Below, one piece after another: positions 60,005-64,000 of a stretch of 64,000 nucleotides of DNA; positions within the stretch are counted from its first letter, which is position 1; each line of letters starts with the position of its first letter. The notes below the pieces were generated by a model, which worked only from the letters and a program-made list of their open reading frames with translations, ran no database searches and was not told the DNA's origin. Made by a program: the position numbers and the translations under genes. The stretch lies in the NCBI RefSeq assembly GCF_003790525.1, contig NZ_CP033635.1; one strand, written 5' to 3'. Origin of the DNA: Escherichia coli (lineage in GTDB: Bacteria; Pseudomonadota; Gammaproteobacteria; Enterobacterales; Enterobacteriaceae).

Positions 60005-61456
60005 TCATTCACGCCAGAAAGTCGGGGTAAAGAGCACCAGCAATGTAAAGACCTCGAGACGACCAAACAGCATGTTGGCAATCAGGATCCATTTAGCCAC
60101 CGGGTTCATACTGGTAAAGTTATCAGCAACCACACCAAGCCCTGGCCCCAGGTTATTCAATGTCGCAACAACCGAGGCAAAGGCAGAAAAGTCATCCACG
60201 CCCGTGGCGATAATCGCCAGCATACTGACAATAAACACCAATGCATAGGCGGAGAAAAATCCCCACACGGCTTCGAGGATACGTTCCGGCAGTGCGCGAT
60301 TCCCCAGCTTAATGCTATAGACGGCGTTCGGATGCACCAGTCGTTTCAGCTCACGGTTCCCCTGCTTAAACAGCAGCAGGATGCGGATCACTTTCAGGCC
60401 ACCGCCCGTTGACCCGGCACAACCGCCGATAAAAGCTGAACATAAGAGCAGTACCGGCAAAAAGAGCGGCCAGCGGGCAATGCTGTCAGTTGTAAACCCG
60501 GCGGTTGTCGCCATCGACACCACCTGGAAAAACGCCTGGTTAATTGTCATCAGCGCCGAACTGTAGACATTATGAAACCACAGTACGAGTGTACAAATAA
60601 CCACCAGTGAAAACTGTACGCCGATAAACATGCGAAATTCCGGATCGCGCCAATAAACCTTCAGACTACGCCCACTTAACAGTGAAAAGTGCAGACCGTA
60701 GTTACAGCCAGAGATCAGCAGGAAGATAGCAATGATAGTGTTAATAGTCGGGCTGTCGAAATAACCGATACTGGCATCATGTGTCGAGAAGCCGCCAATA
60801 GCGATAGTCGCAAAGCTATGGCCGATGGCATCAAAGGCATCCATTCCAGCAAACCACAACGCCAGCGCACAGGCGACGGTCAGCAAGACATAAATCAACC
60901 ACAGGGTTTTCGCCGTTTCCGCAATTCGCGGGCGCATTTTGTTATCTTTCAGCGGGCCGGGCATTTCTGCGCGATAGAGCTGCATCCCACCCACGCCGAG
61001 GATAGGCAGTATCGCAACCGCCAACACGATGATCCCCATCCCGCCAAACCATTGCAGCATCTGGCGATAAAAGAGGATGGCATGAGGGAGCGAATCCAGC
61101 CCCACCAGCGTAGTGGCTCCCGTGGTGGTCAGGCCAGAGAAAGATTCAAAAAACGCATCGGTAATCGTGAGGTTCGGGCTTTCCGAGAAGATAAAAGGGA
61201 GCGCACCGACACTACCCAGCACGGTCCAGAACAGCACCACTATCAGAAACCCCTCACGGGATTTCAGTTCGCCCTTCTCTTTGCGGTTCGGCCACCACAG
61301 CATAGAGCCAATGGCGAGGGCGACAAAAAAGGTCTGGGTAAAAGCGCGGCCCGCTCCATCCCGGTAGATGAGTGCTACCAGCCCAGGGATAATCATGGTC
61401 CCTGAAAATAAGATGACCAGTAGTCCAACGATTCGGGTAATGGCGCGAAAATGCAT
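60005..61456 (-). CDS. trkH: Potassium uptake protein TrkH
   Basis: 483-aa polytopic membrane protein with repeated selectivity-filter-like GGxxTxG motifs. Confidence 0.95.
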   Translation of the reverse strand: MHFRAITRIVGLLVILFSGTMIIPGLVALIYRDGAGRAFTQTFFVALAIGSMLWWPNRKEKGELKSREGFLIVVLFWTVLGSVGALPFIFSESPNLTITDAFFESFSGLTTTGATTLVGLDSLPHAILFYRQMLQWFGGMGIIVLAVAILPILGVGGMQLYRAEMPGPLKDNKMRPRIAETAKTLWLIYVLLTVACALALWFAGMDAFDAIGHSFATIAIGGFSTHDASIGYFDSPTINTIIAIFLLISGCNYGLHFSLLSGRSLKVYWRDPEFRMFIGVQFSLVVICTLVLWFHNVYSSALMTINQAFFQVVSMATTAGFTTDSIARWPLFLPVLLLCSAFIGGCAGSTGGGLKVIRILLLFKQGNRELKRLVHPNAVYSIKLGNRALPERILEAVWGFFSAYALVFIVSMLAIIATGVDDFSAFASVVATLNNLGPGLGVVADNFTSMNPVAKWILIANMLFGRLEVFTLLVLFTPTFWRE

Positions 61457-61494
61457 CTCTGCCGCTTCCTTAGTTCTGCAAAACGAAGTGGGGA

Positions 61495-62112
61495 TTATTC
61501 TTCAATCGCTAACAATTGCAATGAACCACGGCTAAAATCCGCCAGCTTTGCGGAAAATTCAGCCACTTTCGCCGCCGGAAGCGCCACCCGCAGCAGAACG
61601 AATGCCTGATAATCACTGTTGATAATTTTGCCGTCACACTGCCCCAGCAACGCTTCAATGCCGGTTAACTGACTATATTCACATTGCAAAGTATATTCGG
61701 TTAATGGCGTCTTGCGTTGGGTCGTTAGCTGGCGCAGCGCCTGATTCACGCCGCCGCCATACGCTTTCACTAACCCACTGGTGCCAAGCAATATGCCGCC
61801 GTAGTAGCGCACCACCACGGCGGTAATTTCCCCGACGCCGCTGCCCATCAGTTGGGCGAGCATCGGTTTACCTGCCGTTCCCGCCGGTTCCCCGTCGTCA
61901 GAGAAACCCAACTGTTGTGAATCATCCGGCGCACCCGCCACCCACGCCACGCAATGGTGGCGGGCATCGGGGTGTTCTGCCCGCACCGATTCAACAAACG
62001 CTTTCGCCGCCTCAACGCCATCGGTATGCGCCAACATCGTTATAAAGCGGCTCTTTTTGATCTCTTCAACAACCGTGACCGGTGCCGCAGGAATTATCCA
62101 GCTTTCCATCAC
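61495..62112 (-). CDS. yigZ: IMPACT-family protein YigZ
   Basis: 205 aa. Overlaps the pepQ stop by 4 nt. Confidence 0.9.
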
Positions 62113-63440
62113 GCCAGTTTCAGATCCCGGGTCATGTTTTCCACGTTGTTTTCGTGGATCACCACGTTGTCTTCGATACGAATGCCGCCGAACGGTTTCA
62201 GTGCTTCAATTTTCTGCCAGTTGAAGTGTTTGCTGAACTGCCCTTCACGCCACGGCGCCAGCAGCGATTCGATGAAGTAGATACCCGGTTCGATGGTTAA
62301 CACCATGCCTGGCTGGAGAATACGGGTGCAGCGCAGGTACGGATATTTTGCCGGTGCCGCGAGGTGCGTACCGCTATCATCTTGCATAAAGCCAGCTACG
62401 TCATGCACCTGCAGGCCCAGCGGATGACCGATACCGTGCGGCATAAACGGTCCGGTGAGATCGTTTTCGACCATCGCTTCTTCACTCATATCGGTGATGA
62501 TTTGATGTTTACGCAGCAATTTGGCGATGCGCTGATGGAACTGGATGTGGTAATCCACATAGCTGACGCCAGCTTTCATGGTGGCGATCAGCGCAAGTTG
62601 TTCATCATTTACGTCTTTCACCAGCTGTGCGTAGTCGTTGTCGCTTTTTGCCGACCAGGTACGGGTCAGGTCAGCCGCATAGCCGTTATATTCGGCCCCG
62701 GCATCCAGCAGGAAGCTGCGCATCTCTTCCGGTGCCTGGTGGTCCAATTTGGTGTAATGCAGCACCGCAGCGTGTTCGTTAAGCGCCACAATGTTGCTGT
62801 AAGGTACGTCGGTATCACGATGACCGGTCGCGGTCAGATAGGCAATATTGATATCAAACTCGCTCATGCCAGAACGGAACGCTTCTTCTGCCGCGCGATG
62901 ACCGTTGACCGCCATTTTCTGCGCTTCACGCATACAGGCCAGTTCGTACTCGGTTTTGAAGGAGCGGTAGTAATGCAGGTAGTCGATCACCCCTTTCGGA
63001 TTGATGTTGCTGGCCTCAATACCCAGTTGCAGCGCACGTTCCGGCACCGGACCGATATAACCGATATTGCCGCGCGCAGCAGGCAGCAGGCTACCAATGC
63101 CATCGGCTTTCGGCAGCGCGATCACTTCCACATCTTCAGTCCAGAAGGAGTTCGGCAGCGGTTCGACGTTGTGCCAGTAATCAACCGGCAGATAAAACCA
63201 CAGTTTCGGCTTGTTCACGCCATCCACCAGCAGCCAGCAGTTTGGCACCTGAGTTACCGGCACCCACGCTTTGAATTGCGGGTTCACTTTAAACGGATAG
63301 GGATGATCGTCGAGAAAAACGTTGAACAGTTCGCCGGAGTGAATAAGTAACGCATCCAGCTTGAAGCGCGCCAGCGCATCGCGAGTCCGTTCCTGTAAGG
63401 TAGCTATATGATTTTTATAGAGCGAGGCCAGTGATTCCAT
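62109..63440 (-). CDS. pepQ: Xaa-Pro dipeptidase (prolidase) PepQ
   Basis: 443 aa, M24 metallopeptidase motifs ([13 protein letters not shown]). Confidence 0.95.
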
Positions 63441-63629
63441 TTTTTACCCTTCTGTTTTTTTGACCTTAAGTCTCCGCATCTTAGCACATCGTTCATCCAG
63501 AGCGTGATTTCTGCCGAGCGTGATCAGATCGGCATTTCTTTAATCTTTTATTTGCATATTTTTAACACAAAATACACACTTCGATGCATCTGGTACGACC
63601 AGATCACCTTGCGGATTCAGGAGACTGAC

Positions 63630-64000
63630 ATGCTTTACAAAGGCGACACCCTGTACCTTGACTGGCTGGAAGATGGCATTGCCGAACTGGTATTTGATGC
63701 CCCAGGTTCAGTTAATAAACTCGACACTGCCACCGTCGCCAGCCTCGGCGAGGCCATCGGCGTGCTGGAACAGCAATCAGATCTAAAAGGGCTGCTGCTG
63801 CGTTCGAACAAAGCAGCCTTTATCGTCGGTGCTGATATCACCGAATTTTTGTCCCTGTTCCTCGTTCCTGAAGAACAGTTAAGTCAGTGGCTGCACTTTG
63901 CCAATAGCGTGTTTAATCGCCTGGAAGATCTGCCGGTGCCGACCATTGCTGCCGTCAACGGCTATGCGCTGGGCGGTGGCTGCGAATGCGTGCTGGCGAC
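63630..64000 (+). CDS. fadB: Fatty-acid oxidation complex alpha subunit FadB (5' partial)
   Basis: [32 protein letters not shown].. enoyl-CoA hydratase N-domain, SD ggag. Truncated by the window end. Confidence 0.95.

Noticed and set aside
60689-61405. 238-aa plus-strand ORF inside trkH
   Set aside because: Antisense to the membrane protein TrkH. Highly basic/Arg-rich artefactual translation.
62364-63350. 328-aa plus-strand ORF antisense to pepQ
   Set aside because: pepQ on the minus strand carries M24 peptidase motifs. The antisense ORF is a GC-skew artefact.

Overview
This window is an Escherichia coli-type chromosomal segment. It matches the E. coli K-12 frvR-yiiG ... fdhD-fdoGHI-fdhE ... 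sulfoquinovose cluster ... typA-glnALG-hemN ... engB-spf-polA ... dsbA-mobAB-rrnA-hemG-trkH-pepQ-fadB region read in inverted orientation. The backbone is fully syntenic with K-12 and consists of ordinary core genes. It includes the complete rrnA operon (16S, tRNA-Ile, tRNA-Ala, 23S, 5S), the sRNAs Spot 42 (spf) and CsrC, the small protein YshB, four REP/BIME clusters, the fdoG selenocysteine UGA, and the sigma54 promoter glnAp2 with its NtrC enhancer sites. Two AT-rich insertions interrupt the backbone at positions where K-12 has adjacent genes. (1) Between yiiG and fdhD, about 1384-6030, there is a tightly coupled two-gene operon: a 611-aa Hsp90/GHKL-type ATPase with an intact Bergerat-fold ATP-binding N-domain, and a 768-aa helical protein with no recognisable domain. 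I consider this the best candidate for an undescribed system, possibly defence-related. (2) Between yiiE and yiiD, about 13800-16517, there is a single orphan gene for an IpgD/SopB-like phosphoinositide phosphatase. It carries a perfect CKSxKDRT (CX5R) catalytic motif and a strong Shine-Dalgarno sequence, but has no adjacent chaperone and no type III secretion genes. Also noted: yihF is split by a -1 frameshift in an A8 homopolymer, and the tandem RHH paralogs yiiE/yiiF share conserved upstream sequence blocks. No CRISPR arrays, IS elements or prophage genes are visible.
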